Shown here: positions 28,705 to 39,846 of the stretch, piece after piece | Layout of the letters: every line of letters begins with the position of its first letter | Numbering within the stretch: the first letter of the stretch is position 1 | Source of the DNA: a virus | Lineage: Duplodnaviria; Caudoviricetes | IMG/VR virus record: IMGVR_UViG_3300012667_000989 | Coordinates: 1 to 55,544 of that record | DNA length: 55,544 bases | Strand: one strand, 5' to 3' | Program-made: the position numbers and the translations under genes | The notes under the pieces: generated by a model | Told to the model about the DNA's origin: nothing | The model's input: only the letters and a program-made list of their open reading frames with translations | Database searches by the model: none

Positions 28705-29583
28705 TTATTTTTCTAAGTTTCCAGATCCAACCATTTCATAGATTTCTGGCTCCGATTCTTCGCCATTAATTCTAGCAATTTCTGCCGCCTTAACCTTCTT
28801 AATCTTAGCTTGGAGAGTTTTGTTTAAACCATCAACATCAGCTCTCTTTTCAGCGCAAGCGGCTTCCAATTCAGCAATAGAACCTCTATTTGTGATATGA
28901 AGCTTGATTAAATCAAATACCTCGTCTTGCTTATCAAAAACCTCTTTCATTGCACTACCATCAGTTAAAGCAGTCCCCACTTTAAGACCAGAAGCATTTC
29001 TTTTAGCTCCTAAGGCTTCCATTACTGTTGGATTGTCAAGTGGCGATTGCATTTCACTTACTATCTTTATTTCATCTGCTTGGTTCATTTCATCAGAAGT
29101 ATAAAGACCAGATAAATCTTGTGGAAAAGCTTTCCTCAAAGCCAAGGCTTCTGCAACTTTTGCAATCATTGCATGAGGCATTGTTTTTTGTAAATTCATA
29201 GGGCTTGGATAATATTCCTTAAAATGAGCTACTCCAACACCAGCGCAATATCTTTGCTCAAAATTTGGCGTAAATTTATAAACTTTAACTGTGCATTTAA
29301 TTGGAAAGCCTTTTTCGTCATCTTCCCAAAGTGGCTCGTCCTGTCCCGCATAGTTCCCGCTTCTTTCTGCGATAACTCTAAAACCATCAATAGAAGTCTG
29401 GATTGTCATTCTTCCAGCTCTTTTAATAGCATAAATTTGACGCGTAAGTGGGTTCAAGCCAGTTTGCTTACATTGATATAAAAATAATTCTAATTCATTG
29501 TTATTGCAATCTTTGGCAATTTGTGATTTGATTAAGTTAATTTGGTCTTCATTAAAATTCACTAACGCTATTTCTTTTGACAT
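28705..29583 (-). CDS. bet: Red-beta/RecT single-strand annealing protein
   Basis: FLYQCKQTGLNPLTRQIY, SIDGFRVIAERSG.YAG, MIAKVAEALALRKAFPQDLSGLYT.DEM. Confidence 0.93.
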   Translation of the reverse strand: MSKEIALVNFNEDQINLIKSQIAKDCNNNELELFLYQCKQTGLNPLTRQIYAIKRAGRMTIQTSIDGFRVIAERSGNYAGQDEPLWEDDEKGFPIKCTVKVYKFTPNFEQRYCAGVGVAHFKEYYPSPMNLQKTMPHAMIAKVAEALALRKAFPQDLSGLYTSDEMNQADEIKIVSEMQSPLDNPTVMEALGAKRNASGLKVGTALTDGSAMKEVFDKQDEVFDLIKLHITNRGSIAELEAACAEKRADVDGLNKTLQAKIKKVKAAEIARINGEESEPEIYEMVGSGNLEK

Positions 29584-29659
29584 ATTTCCCTATAATTCAT
29601 TAATAATTTCATCACTTAGCCAGTATTGCAAAGCGAGATAATCTGTGTTGTCTTCCATG

Positions 29660-29995
29660 TTACCCCTTTATTAAATTCCATTTAGAACAATATTCTTGAC
29701 ATTCATATTGCCCTACTTGAATAGACAAATTACAAACTAATATTTGCAGAACAGTCTCCATTTCTTTGTGAATTTTGTTTATATAAATATTTTGTTCTTT
29801 GCTAATATGCTTTTCTCCGTAAGCATCTTCAAATAATTCTAAACCTAGAATTTCAGCAATATCACCTTCTACATCACTATTTCCATAAGGACGCTTAGGA
29901 TTTATTTGCGGCGCACCAAATTCGCAATCATTCCAAGACACATACATATTTTTTAGCAATCTGAGATGATTCTCATTAACTGTGAATTTCTCCAT
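29660..29995 (-). CDS. Conserved hypothetical phage protein
   Basis: GAP.INPKRPYGNSDV..DI motif. Confidence 0.7.
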   Translation of the reverse strand: MEKFTVNENHLRLLKNMYVSWNDCEFGAPQINPKRPYGNSDVEGDIAEILGLELFEDAYGEKHISKEQNIYINKIHKEMETVLQILVCNLSIQVGQYECQEYCSKWNLIKG

Positions 29996-29996
29996 A

Positions 29997-30332
29997 TTAC
30001 TTCTCTCCTTTTATTTTTAATATTCTTCTAACCTTCCGAGCATTAATCTTAGGATCTTTTACAATCGCTTTCTTAATGTCATCAGAGATTAGACCATAAG
30101 CCCCCAAGAACTCATCAAGACTAACCTTAGCCCCTTGAGTTTTTAGATAACCTACTATCTTCACAACATCTTCTTGCGTAATTCTATTTAACTTGAAGCA
30201 CGCAAAAGATATGCTTTTCTTATTAACCTTTGTAGCTCTTGCCACATCAGCCTGTGATTTCTTAACTTCTAGTAGAGCTGACATTAGCAGCTTACCGAAG
30301 TCATTATATGGGTTCTTTGATTTTCTTGTCAT
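29997..30332 (-). CDS. XRE-like HTH regulator
   Basis: FGKLL...L.....SQADVARATKVNKKSIS. Confidence 0.65.
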   Translation of the reverse strand: MTRKSKNPYNDFGKLLMSALLEVKKSQADVARATKVNKKSISFACFKLNRITQEDVVKIVGYLKTQGAKVSLDEFLGAYGLISDDIKKAIVKDPKINARKVRRILKIKGEK

Positions 30333-30369
30333 ATTTTATATTGTTAATAGCTACTATCTATGTCCTTTT

Positions 30370-30579
30370 TTAAGAAGATTGTGTTAAATTTTGTAACACT
30401 TTTAAATCTTTCTCAAAATCATTAAATACTATTCTAGCCTTCCTTTCACATTTCCCTTTTTTTATAATAGTCGTCAAATAAATTCTATCAGGATGCGAAG
30501 CCCATTGCACAAAATTAATATTATTATTTAAGCAAAAATCTTTTATTTTTGATAGATTGTTTATATTTAATTTTTCCAT
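30370..30579 (-). CDS. hypothetical protein
   Basis: 69 aa directly downstream of a promoter. Confidence 0.55.
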   Translation of the reverse strand: MEKLNINNLSKIKDFCLNNNINFVQWASHPDRIYLTTIIKKGKCERKARIVFNDFEKDLKVLQNLTQSS

Positions 30580-30612
30580 TTTTACCTTAAATTAAAATTT
30601 TTAACACCGCCT

Positions 30613-30641
30613 ATTATCCTAATCAATTTAGTTAAAGTCAA
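30613..30641 (-). promoter_or_regulatory. Sigma70-like promoter
   Basis: TTGACT-N17-GATAAT; spacer shares TAACTAAAT with the 24386 promoter. Confidence 0.7.
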
Positions 30642-30724
30642 GCATTATTTCAAAAAATATTTGCATTTTATAAACCCTTGTGTTTACTTGCTAAAATACT
30701 TGTCAACTACTTTTTTTATAGAAA

Positions 30725-31228
30725 ATGGATTTAGAGAAATTAAAAAAACAATTGATTATTGATGAAGGTTGTAAACTTGAGGTTTACCTTGACCATCTTG
30801 GTTATCCAACTGTTGGCATAGGGCATTTACTTACAAAGAAAGACCCTGAACTTTTACAATACCAACTTGGCAAGAAAAATAATCCTAATTATTCCATGAA
30901 GATAACAGAAGCAAGGTGTCAAGAATTATTCTTGTCGGATATTGCCAATGTCATTAAAGATTGCAAAACACTATTCCCAAACTTTGATTCTTACGCAGAA
31001 GAAATTAAACAAATTATTGCAAATATGATGTTTAACCTTGGACTGACAAGACTTTCTAAGTTTAAGAAATTCGTTGCCGCTATTACCTCTTTAAATTACA
31101 AAGAGGCTGCTAAACAAATGGCAGACAGTGCTTGGTCTAAACAAGTTCCTAATCGAGCTAAACGCCTAATTGACAGGATGAATAAATATGCTGATGATAT
31201 TTTATGCAAGTTTGTCAGTAATAGTTAA
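30725..31228 (+). CDS. Endolysin, T4-like lysozyme (GH24)
   Basis: DEG.....YLDHLGYPTVGIGH (E-8-D-5-T triad), NMMFNLG, S.W.KQVPNRAKR. Confidence 0.94.
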   Translation: MDLEKLKKQLIIDEGCKLEVYLDHLGYPTVGIGHLLTKKDPELLQYQLGKKNNPNYSMKITEARCQELFLSDIANVIKDCKTLFPNFDSYAEEIKQIIANMMFNLGLTRLSKFKKFVAAITSLNYKEAAKQMADSAWSKQVPNRAKRLIDRMNKYADDILCKFVSNS

Positions 31229-31389
31229 TTTACCCTCAAAGCAATAACCAGCCGCTTTCATTGCCGCTTCTAAGAAAAGTAGTAGCTCCTCCATATCCAT
31301 TTCACCCTCTCTTTCGACTCTTGTCTTAAAGCTTGAGCATGGGATTTGGTCTTCAAATATTATTGTTATTTTTTGCATTTATATTCCTT

Positions 31390-33315
31390 TTAAAAGTTGG
31401 TTGATGTGTTGTTGCGATATTTCAGCATTTCAGCAGTTTCTTTTGCCAAATCTTGTGGTGGACAAAGTAAGCTTTTAGGTAGCTGCACAGCCTCCAATAT
31501 CAACCTACGATTCTCTTCCTGTATTTCTTGTAATGTCTGCTTACCAAACTTACCAGATTTAGCATGTTGTTGCATTATCTCTTCTTGTCTGTTTTCTTTA
31601 ATCATAAGCTTTTCCGTTAATTGTTCTTCAAAACATTCCTCACAGCATTCCTTCCCGTCTAATTCAGCACAGTTGAAATCGCTGTCTTTTTGGTTGTTGC
31701 AGATTGTGCAGATGTAGATACTCATTTTGACTCTGATTCATTTAATGATTGTAATGCTGCCTTTGCTAATTCAGACCCTTCATCTGCTAATTTCTGCAAA
31801 ACAGCAATGGTAAACTCCAAAGATCCAGCTAGTTTTCCACAAGCCTCCTCTAATTTAGCTATTCTGCCGGTAGTTCCCATCTCTTCTCTAATATTATTCA
31901 TTTAATCCTCACATTTAAAGTTTCTATACAGAATGTTTTTTCTGCTTCGTTATCAAAAACTTCACAACCAGAAAATTTACTTCTTTTGTGTTGTCTTTTA
32001 CATGTTGGCTCTATTGCTAGAATATAATCGGTAGCAAGTTTCTTGGTTTTAAAGATAGCTCCTTTCCAGATATTACCTCCTGTGTTAATTGCATAGACTT
32101 TCATAGTTAGTTTATTGGTTCATAAAAAATAAGCTAATCTCATCACGATATAAAATCGCAAAAAATAGCATAACTGATAAAATTGCATTTATTATATTTA
32201 AGTTTAAGTATTTCATACCAAGCCCTCCTGTTTCAATTTTAGCCACAATCTCGCTGCGGCGTCTGCTAGTGATTCGTTATGTAATTTAATACATGAAAAC
32301 ATCGAATCTTTATCAACATCGCTTTGGCAATGGTAGTAATAACAATATTCAATCCACTCTTTTGTTATTTCTAGTTGCCAATCACCTAGAAACTTATTTT
32401 TATTTTCTATTTTTGGGGGCAAAGCCTCTAAAATCGTCTCTAAATGATAAGAAAAACAGTCCACAATTGATTCTCCATCACATATTGTAGGGTTATATCC
32501 AAATTCTTGCCCATTTCTAATTAACCTTCTGTCGTCAAGATAACAGCAGTCAGCGTCTCCCTTAAACCCCGCTTCCTTAAGTTTCTTAGAAATTAAATAA
32601 TTAGTTGTTTTCATAATTTACCCTCCTAAATTCTCTTTAACAATCGCAAGTTCTTGCTCCAATTCTGCGAAAAATCTTTTTATCAATGATGTCCAGTCTT
32701 TTTCAGGAGAAGAGGATACCATAATTTCTATTTTAAGAAGAGTAGAGCTTAAAATATTAAGATGCCTAGACCTTGCCCACTCAACATCTCTTAATCTAGA
32801 ATTAGCATCGCTAACTTGTTGAGATAGCTTTCCGAACTCGCAGTCAACTTCATTCAAATATTTATCTGTTTTAATCATAATTTACCCCCCAATCGTTAAT
32901 AAAAAACTCTCTAAATCAAAGCTACTATTAGCCTTGATTATTTCCTCAATCTTCCCAAAATTCCCTGCTAGAATCAAAGCTTGATACTGATTAGCTGAAT
33001 CAAAGTATCTCAAGAATTTATCTTGGTTGTTCTGGTAGAATTTCTTTTTGCTTATGTTTTCTTTTAGTGTAGTCATTAATTCGCTAATGTGTTTCATTTT
33101 GCCTCTAATTTTTTTAATAATTTTCTCACATTATAAGTAACTGTATTAAGGGCATCTTCGACATTATCTAGAGAATCCGAAACTTCTTCAGCTCCTTCAA
33201 AACCAACTTTATCTAAAATATCAAAAACTCCTTCTTGTTTAAAAAATTCTATAATTTTTTCTGCTTGTAAAAAAGTTGTATTTTCTCGAATAACTCTTTC
33301 AATATTCTTTCTCAT
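31390..33315 (-). CDS. Run of small hypothetical genes (31390-31725, 31722-31901, 31898-32104, 32213-32614, 32618-32878, 32882-33097, 33094-33315)
   Basis: Co-oriented packed ORFs; 31722-31901 (59 aa) found manually. Confidence 0.6.
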
Positions 33316-33337
33316 TTTCTCTCCTTAAAAATTATTA

Positions 33338-34627
33338 TTACCAATCAGAAAACCTTTGAAACTCACCCTCAAAGTGCAACTTAGCATCGCCACATTTGCC
33401 ATCACGAACTTTAGCAACCATGCAATAAGCAACGCCTTTGAGTCTTTGCATCTCAGCTTCCCATTGTTTTAATCTTGCTGAATCATCTGGCTTTTGTCTT
33501 TCCAGATAATATTCAGGTCTAAAAGTAAACATTACCACACTTGCATCTTGCTCAATTGAACCAGATTCTCTTAAATCAGAAAGGATTGGTCTTTTATCAT
33601 CTCTTGATTCAACCGCTCTTGAAAGTTGAGACAATCCAATAATTACAATGTTAAACTCCATTGCCAAATCCTTCAAAGTGTTAGTAATTTCAGTCACATC
33701 ATCAACCCTTTGACCTTTTCCCTTATGCTTGATTAGCTGGATATAATCAATTATAACCACTTTCCCTTTAGTTTTATTCACAAACTTTTTGATCTGATAG
33801 CGTAGTTTTGGCAATGTTAAGCCCCCACTATCCTCAATAGTGATTGGCAAGGTATCTGCGAGAGTTATAGCATTTTGGAAAGCCTCAAACTCTTGTTGAG
33901 AATTTAGATTATTATTCTTTAGCTTGGTTAAATGAATCGAAGAAAGGCAAGCAATCATTCTTTTAGAAATTTGATCCGCTTTCATCTCTAAAGAAATAAA
34001 CAAAATAGGATTTCCTTGTTTTGCTAATCTTAAAGCCATGTTTGCAGCAAGGCAGCTCTTCCCCATAGCAGGACGACCAGCAATAACAATTAAATCTCCT
34101 AAATCAAAACCATTAATTATTTCATCAATTGATTGATAGCCAGAAGATACAGATATAACTTTTTCTTTTGAAAACGCTTCTTTAGCTGCTTTTCCAAGAG
34201 AAATTGATTGATTTTGAGTTTTTATAGAGATAGCTTCCAGCCTTTCAGATATTACATCTTTAATTTCTTGGCTATTTTTAGAAGCGTCTGATAACATTTC
34301 CTTTGTCTCAAGTGTAATATCATCTAATTCTCTCTTAAACCTCAATTCTCGTAAAATTTTAAGGGTTTCTGATGGACTTATTATACAACTTTGATTGTTT
34401 AAAAGTTCTGCAATATAACCTTTTAAGTTCAAACTTTCAAAAAAGGAAGTCAGGCTTATTCTGTTAGCAGGTGCATTGTTCTTAATGCAATTGCTTATGT
34501 AAGTAAAAATCTTTTTATGGTTTACTTCTAAGAAATCTTCTTCTTCTGCTCCAGTTATTAACAACCAGTCATTGTCCCGAATGATATAAGCAAGTAGATT
34601 TTGTTCAGCTTGAAAGTTATAGTGCAT
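33338..34627 (-). CDS. dnaB: Replicative DNA helicase DnaB
   Basis: IAGRPAMGKS, ISLEM, IIDYIQL, LSQLSR.VE.R.DKRP.LSDLRESGSIEQDA. Confidence 0.96.
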   Translation of the reverse strand: MHYNFQAEQNLLAYIIRDNDWLLITGAEEEDFLEVNHKKIFTYISNCIKNNAPANRISLTSFFESLNLKGYIAELLNNQSCIISPSETLKILRELRFKRELDDITLETKEMLSDASKNSQEIKDVISERLEAISIKTQNQSISLGKAAKEAFSKEKVISVSSGYQSIDEIINGFDLGDLIVIAGRPAMGKSCLAANMALRLAKQGNPILFISLEMKADQISKRMIACLSSIHLTKLKNNNLNSQQEFEAFQNAITLADTLPITIEDSGGLTLPKLRYQIKKFVNKTKGKVVIIDYIQLIKHKGKGQRVDDVTEITNTLKDLAMEFNIVIIGLSQLSRAVESRDDKRPILSDLRESGSIEQDASVVMFTFRPEYYLERQKPDDSARLKQWEAEMQRLKGVAYCMVAKVRDGKCGDAKLHFEGEFQRFSDW

Positions 34628-35349
34628 TAGTATTTACTCCATTGAGTTGAGTTAAATGATGTTGGTTCAGATTTTGAAGTTGAATAATCATCCTTCCAGC
34701 ATTCTTGATTTAGCCAAGTGCTAGGATTTTTCCAATACTGCGAATCAGGACTTCTTGCCATGATATATTTCTCAAGACCAGCAATGATATTCTCAAAAGT
34801 ATCTATCTTGAGTGCTGCTTTGAATTTCTTTTCTGCATCTGGTTTGCTTTTCTTTTTGTCGTAGAGATTCCAAAAAGATTCAAATTGAGATTCAAATAAA
34901 ATCTTTTTATTTTTTTCTTGTTCTTTTTTTATTTCTGTATCTGTTTCTGTATCTGTTTCTGTATGGCACTCCTCAAGCATTGCTTCTGGTATGCTTGTAG
35001 GTATGCTTGTAGCATTACCCTTTGACCACCTCTTATTAGCGGCTTTAGAGGCTTTTTGTCTATTTTTCTCTCTGACTTTCCTTTGCTTCTTTAATATTTC
35101 TAATCCAAGTCTGATAACCTCATCTTTTACTAAAGATAAAGCGGCTTGTTCATCTTGATTAAATGCACCTGCCATCCTGAATAATTTGTTTAAATCTTCT
35201 GGTATTTTACCGTCTTCTGAAAGATAAACGCAAAGCAGGGCTATAAATGCACCTTTTTCAAGAAAGGAATAGCCAGCAAGCAAGCCTTGATATTGATTTA
35301 TATAAAATGGAAAATGTATTAACGGATCTTTATCCTGTGAGCTTTTCAT
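34627..35349 (-). CDS. Replication initiator (DUF1376/YdaU N-terminus, lambdoid O-like)
   Basis: FPFYI..Y.......EKGAF..LL; KAANKRW; FESFWNLY.KK..K..A; P.TWLN...W.D; directly upstream of dnaB. Confidence 0.82.
   Translation of the reverse strand: MKSSQDKDPLIHFPFYINQYQGLLAGYSFLEKGAFIALLCVYLSEDGKIPEDLNKLFRMAGAFNQDEQAALSLVKDEVIRLGLEILKKQRKVREKNRQKASKAANKRWSKGNATSIPTSIPEAMLEECHTETDTETDTEIKKEQEKNKKILFESQFESFWNLYDKKKSKPDAEKKFKAALKIDTFENIIAGLEKYIMARSPDSQYWKNPSTWLNQECWKDDYSTSKSEPTSFNSTQWSKY
34932..35011. repeat. 12-bp tandem repeats inside the initiator gene (candidate origin iterons)
   Basis: TTTCTGTATCTG x2.7 (34932-34964) and GGTATGCTTGTA x2 (34988-35011), next to an A/T tract. Confidence 0.6.
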
Positions 35350-35352
35350 CTG

Positions 35353-35445
35353 TTCCCTAACATATGATTTTGGCGGTAAAGCAGGTTAGGGGCTACTTTA
35401 CCATAAAATAAAACTTTCTATAACTCAACTTCCCTAACGAGTTAT
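35353..35445 (-). promoter_or_regulatory. Kissing-loop/anti-RBS RNA element in the initiator leader
   Basis: Hairpin loop GTTAGGGAA, second hairpin loop CCCCTAAC, second GTTAGGGAA at the RBS. Confidence 0.72.
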
Positions 35446-35449
35446 TTCT

Positions 35450-36440
35450 AACATTCTCAACGCCCCTAGTCCGAGTTTCCAACTTACATTGGCTGGTCTT
35501 TACTCCCACGGTTTGCCTTGCGACTTAACACTAGCGATTGCGCTGGTTTTATTTATTCTCAACCCCTATTTCTAAGAATCAAGAGAAAAATAAGTTTTAA
35601 TGTATCCGAATTCGGTAACATTAAAAATAAAGCTTTTTGCCAATGTATAGCTTTCGATCTGATGCTAACAGTACTATTAACATTTTTCTGCACTAATCAT
35701 AACCCCGTGTCGAGGTTGGTCGGAGCGCCTAAATTAGAAACTACCCCGTTTTCAGCGTCTAATCGCCTAGATTGCTTTCAATCGGTCAGATTCTTTGGCT
35801 CTCAAGTGCCATTTCACGGATTCAAACCGCCTCTCGTCTTTACCAAAACTCAATCACCGATCAGGAATTGAACCTGCATTTTTCGCGCTTTCTTCTTTAG
35901 TCAGGCTGACTTTGGTGGCGTGGAGGGGATTTTCACCGATGATTTACAAACTAGAATAATGTAAAACCATTTTTACCAATACTTCTGACTACTTCTTCAA
36001 TTAAATTCTAGATAGATAATTAAATTTTCTTCAGATGCTTTCTAATAAGCTACTCACGCCGTATGTCCCCCACTGGTGCGATCCTTTCGGGTTCGTTTGG
36101 GGGCACTATTCAAAGGGCTAAAACCTGCCCTCTGGCTTGATTTGCATTTCCAAAATATTTCTATTTTCCGACCATGTTTCAGGTATCGGCGGTGTTTTAT
36201 TAATATTAAACTAGAAGAGCCTAAACCCCACGCGAAGCTTTCTCCTGTACTTTGCAAAAAACGCATTTCTGCGCTTTTCTATACATGTTTTTTTGATATG
36301 TATAGAAAACCAAAGAAATCTATATATGAACCCCGTAAGCCATTGTCTAGAATAACTTACAGGGCTACTAGATACAGTTGCAACCGCTCTAGTACCAGCT
36401 CTATCACTTACATTGAAAAGGAGGGAGGTGACTGGTCTTT
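35450..36440 (-). ncRNA. Structured ncRNA region II
   Basis: About 1 kb without a credible ORF; many hairpins, T-loop motifs, long-range 9-bp complementarity; upstream promoter. Confidence 0.6.
35853..35944 (-). ncRNA. tRNA-like RNA D (acceptor plus T arm only)
   Basis: ATCATCGG/TCGGTGAT stem; CAGG TTCAATT CCTG T arm; no recognisable D arm. Confidence 0.5.
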
Positions 36441-36446
36441 GTGTTT

Positions 36447-36474
36447 ATTCTAACTTTAGTTTTGTTAAAGTCAA
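36447..36474 (-). promoter_or_regulatory. Sigma70-like promoter for region II
   Basis: TTGACT-N16-TAGAAT. Confidence 0.65.
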
Positions 36475-36481
36475 TTATAAT

Positions 36482-36937
36482 TCACTCTTCAAAACAGTTA
36501 AATTCTCTCTCTCTCTTTCTTCCATTCATCCTAACTATGACATTGCCAAGCCCTACAAGATTATATATAGCATTACCAACTGATTGCCTTTCTTTAAAAT
36601 CAATGCCTGCAATCGTTACTTTCTTCAACAAAGCTTTATCAGTAATGTCATCCGTTTCTTTTAGGATTGGCAACAAAGCACGCAATTTTGCTAAATACTT
36701 TGGGCTGAAATCAGAAGCAGAACGAGGTTTAATAATTCTTTCGGCTAGTGTATTCCTTGGCTTTTTTACTTTTTCTTCTTTATTTCCAAATATTTCGCTA
36801 TGTTTAAAATAAATAGTGCGAAATTCTGGGTTAAGATATCCTTTTGTTTCAATATCGTTTTTTGAAGTTTGTTTTTTCTTAACTTCTTTGTCTAAATCTT
36901 TAATAGCATTTTTTAGTACTGTGTCTAATTCTTGCAT
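36482..36937 (-). CDS. Basic protein, possible winged-helix DNA binder
   Basis: 151 aa, SD AAGGGGG; C-terminal helix-helix-wing-like pattern. Confidence 0.5.
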   Translation of the reverse strand: MQELDTVLKNAIKDLDKEVKKKQTSKNDIETKGYLNPEFRTIYFKHSEIFGNKEEKVKKPRNTLAERIIKPRSASDFSPKYLAKLRALLPILKETDDITDKALLKKVTIAGIDFKERQSVGNAIYNLVGLGNVIVRMNGRKREREFNCFEE

Positions 36938-37000
36938 ATAATCCCCCTTAATTTAGCAAATAGTGTTGATTTCAAGCTTCTTATTCGCTTTATTAGTTGT

Positions 37001-39801
37001 TTAATTTTGTGTTTCATTTTCTTTATTAATATAATTACTTAAAAATTCAATTGCCTCGCTAGGATTAAATATATCTTTCTCTAATACTGGCTCTGCGAAG
37101 CTGCCTTCCAAATAATATTCAACTTGGTCAACATATAAAGTAACGCTGTCTATTTTTGCTTTGCAGATTTCAAATTGTTTAAAATCTTCATTCCAATAGA
37201 CAAAAATTACTTTATCGCCCGCATTATGTTTATTTTTCATTTTCACGCTCCTGATTCTTTAAATATTTTTCGCATTGCTTAACAACAAAAGTGGTTTTCG
37301 GTCTTTGTTCCTCGAACTTCTTTATCTCATCATTTACTAATTGACTATCGCAATCCATAAATTTCATGGCAATATCAAATTTTTCTACATTATTCTTTCT
37401 AACTATTGCTTGCGCTATTCTTTTAAGCATATTTTACCTTCAAATCGTTTAATATTTCTTCGCTGTCCATCATGTCAGCAAAGCTTAGTTGCTTCTTTCT
37501 TGCTTCTTCAATGCGATAATTGCAGTCATCAAGAACTTGCTCTTTGAACTCGCAATCAGTCTTTTCGATAATTCTGATAATGTCTTGATTGAGTGCTAGT
37601 ATTGTTGCGTTGATGAAAGCTGGGTCTGTTATGCTTTGTATTTCTTTAGTCATTTTTGTTTGTTTCGTTAAAATTAATAATCCCTCATTTCGTCATCTCT
37701 CTCTAATTCCGTTAATTCTAAAGCGTGGAGTTTTTCTTTCTTTGTCTCTAATTCTTTTTTCCACTGTTCACAAAACTTAGCATAGCGAGGCTCTTTTTCC
37801 TTATGCTTGATGTCTCTTTCTAGGTTTTCGATCTCATCCTCTAAAATTTCTTCCAAAGTGAATGATTCCCTAGAATAACTCACCGAAACCTTTTGCCAAT
37901 ATTCACGCTCACAAGCTCCACAAGTTACCTCTCCCGATTCATCATCGTTCCAGCTTAAAGATTCTGCATCGTGTTCATTTTCTTCACCGCAATAAGGGCA
38001 GATAGTTTCAAGTTTATTATTTGTGTAAGTATCAAATTTTTCTGTAGTCATATATTTATTAATTAAGTTTCTTACCATGCGCCGCCGCTACTATCTCAAG
38101 TAGTAAATCTTTGTGTACTTTTGATTTATCACCTTCAAGCAAATCGAATTGTAAATTTTCTAATTGCGAAAAAGCGTGATCTCGCTCTTTCATTACTCTT
38201 TGCGCTGTATCTCCCAAAACTTTATTTGTTGCTTTTAGCTCAGCTATTTCTTGCTCTAGTATTATAATCCACTTATTTTGATCTTCTTTTTTAAATCCAT
38301 CAGCCAAACCATAATTCCAAATGTAATATCTCTTGGTTTCGCTTTGCCAGTCAAAAGCTTCAAATTTATACAAAGAATTTTGATGAAAAAAGAAAAGTTC
38401 TGGTGATTTTTCTTGCGTCCAAGATACGCCCAAAATTTCAGCTATCTTGTCTTTATCGGTATTGATTGATAATTCATCAGGGATCATTGGTAATGAGAGT
38501 AATTGTCTTTTCATGTTATTATTTATTAAATTATTATTGATATAAACCACACGCCAGCCCAAACCATTACAACTGTTGCAACCACTAGAGCTGCAAGAGG
38601 TAGAGGGCTTTCGCTTTCAAATATTGTGTCTATTAAGTCTTTTTTCATTGCATTAACTCCTTTAAAATTATTAAACCTTCTTCACAGTCTTTATCATCCC
38701 GACTTTCGCCATTTTCAGTTTCTTCAATCATTTGATTAGAATAAGCACAAATTTCGTCAACATCTTCTTTGTCAAAATATGCTTTCGCTTTCTTTTGGAG
38801 TTTGCGCTCGATCATCACAAATAATTTCGATCTGTCTTTCATATTATTTTCTGATTAAGATTTTTAATTCTTTACGAAGTTCACGAATCAAGCGAGATAA
38901 CAAAGCTCTTTCTTCTTCCAAATTATCAAGTCTTACATTAGCATTTTTAATCTTTCTTAGATTAGTCTCTTTGTTCTTTATCATAATCCCTCAAGTTTGG
39001 TTTAGTAAAAGTTTCGTTATCAACATCTTTTATTTCAAGATAGCTGTTGATAGCGAGTAAGATAAGCGAGCCGATTAAGCCGCCTAAAATTCCTGGTAAA
39101 ATACACATGTTTTTATTCTCCTTTATTAAAAAATTTCTCTAATTTTAGCTCTAATTTTTGCCTTTCTAAATCTAAAAAAGTCTCTTTATGACAACCAGCA
39201 TAAAAATATTCGTGAGAGTGTTTATATTGGTCTAAAGCCTCATCTAACAAATATTGCTTACCCTTTTTCAAATCACTTTTACTTGTAAATCCTTCATTAG
39301 TTCTTTTAATGCGCTCCATTTTTTCCATTTTGCGTTTTTTAGCGTATTTTGCACTAATTCTATAATCTTGCCCTATATCTCCCATTTTATTCTCCTTTTA
39401 AATTTCTCATTGAAGTATTGCCGCCGAAGCTGTCAATTAAGTATTCAGTACGCTTGTTGATTGATTCTTGAGCATCTTCGATATAATCAGCCAGAATCTC
39501 ACGAGCTGAATTTGCGCTGTCTATGTAATCAGCGGCAACGACTGAATTGTAAAACTTATTGTTAAGCTCTTGGAATTGTTTTATAAATTCTTGTTGTGTC
39601 ATGATAATATTAAATTGATTTTGATAAAAAACTCAAAGCTTCTTCAAAAGAGAAAAACACTTGAGATTGACCTTTTTTATTGATTGCAGCGTATTTCTTA
39701 TTGACGCTTAGAAATTGAATCTTTCCATCTCTATAAAGCAAAGTGCAAGCAGCGGCTTTCTTTTCTTTTACTAACCCTATTTCTTCAAAAGAATCTTTCA
39801 T
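37001..39801 (-). CDS. Run of small hypothetical genes (37001-37246, 37230-37430, 37423-37653, 37674-38051 CPxCG/CxxC zinc finger, 38059-38514, 38645-38842, 39113-39385, 39387-39602, 39610-39801)
   Basis: Co-oriented packed ORFs, several with SD. Confidence 0.6.
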
Positions 39802-39846
39802 TTCTTTGCCTCGTTTTAATTAAAGTTAATGTTATTTGTTAAACCA

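Noticed and set aside
35518-36453. ORFs 35518-35871, 36054-36266 and 36076-36453
   Set aside because: Weak starts, unnatural amino-acid content, overlap the hairpin-rich region; better explained as ncRNA
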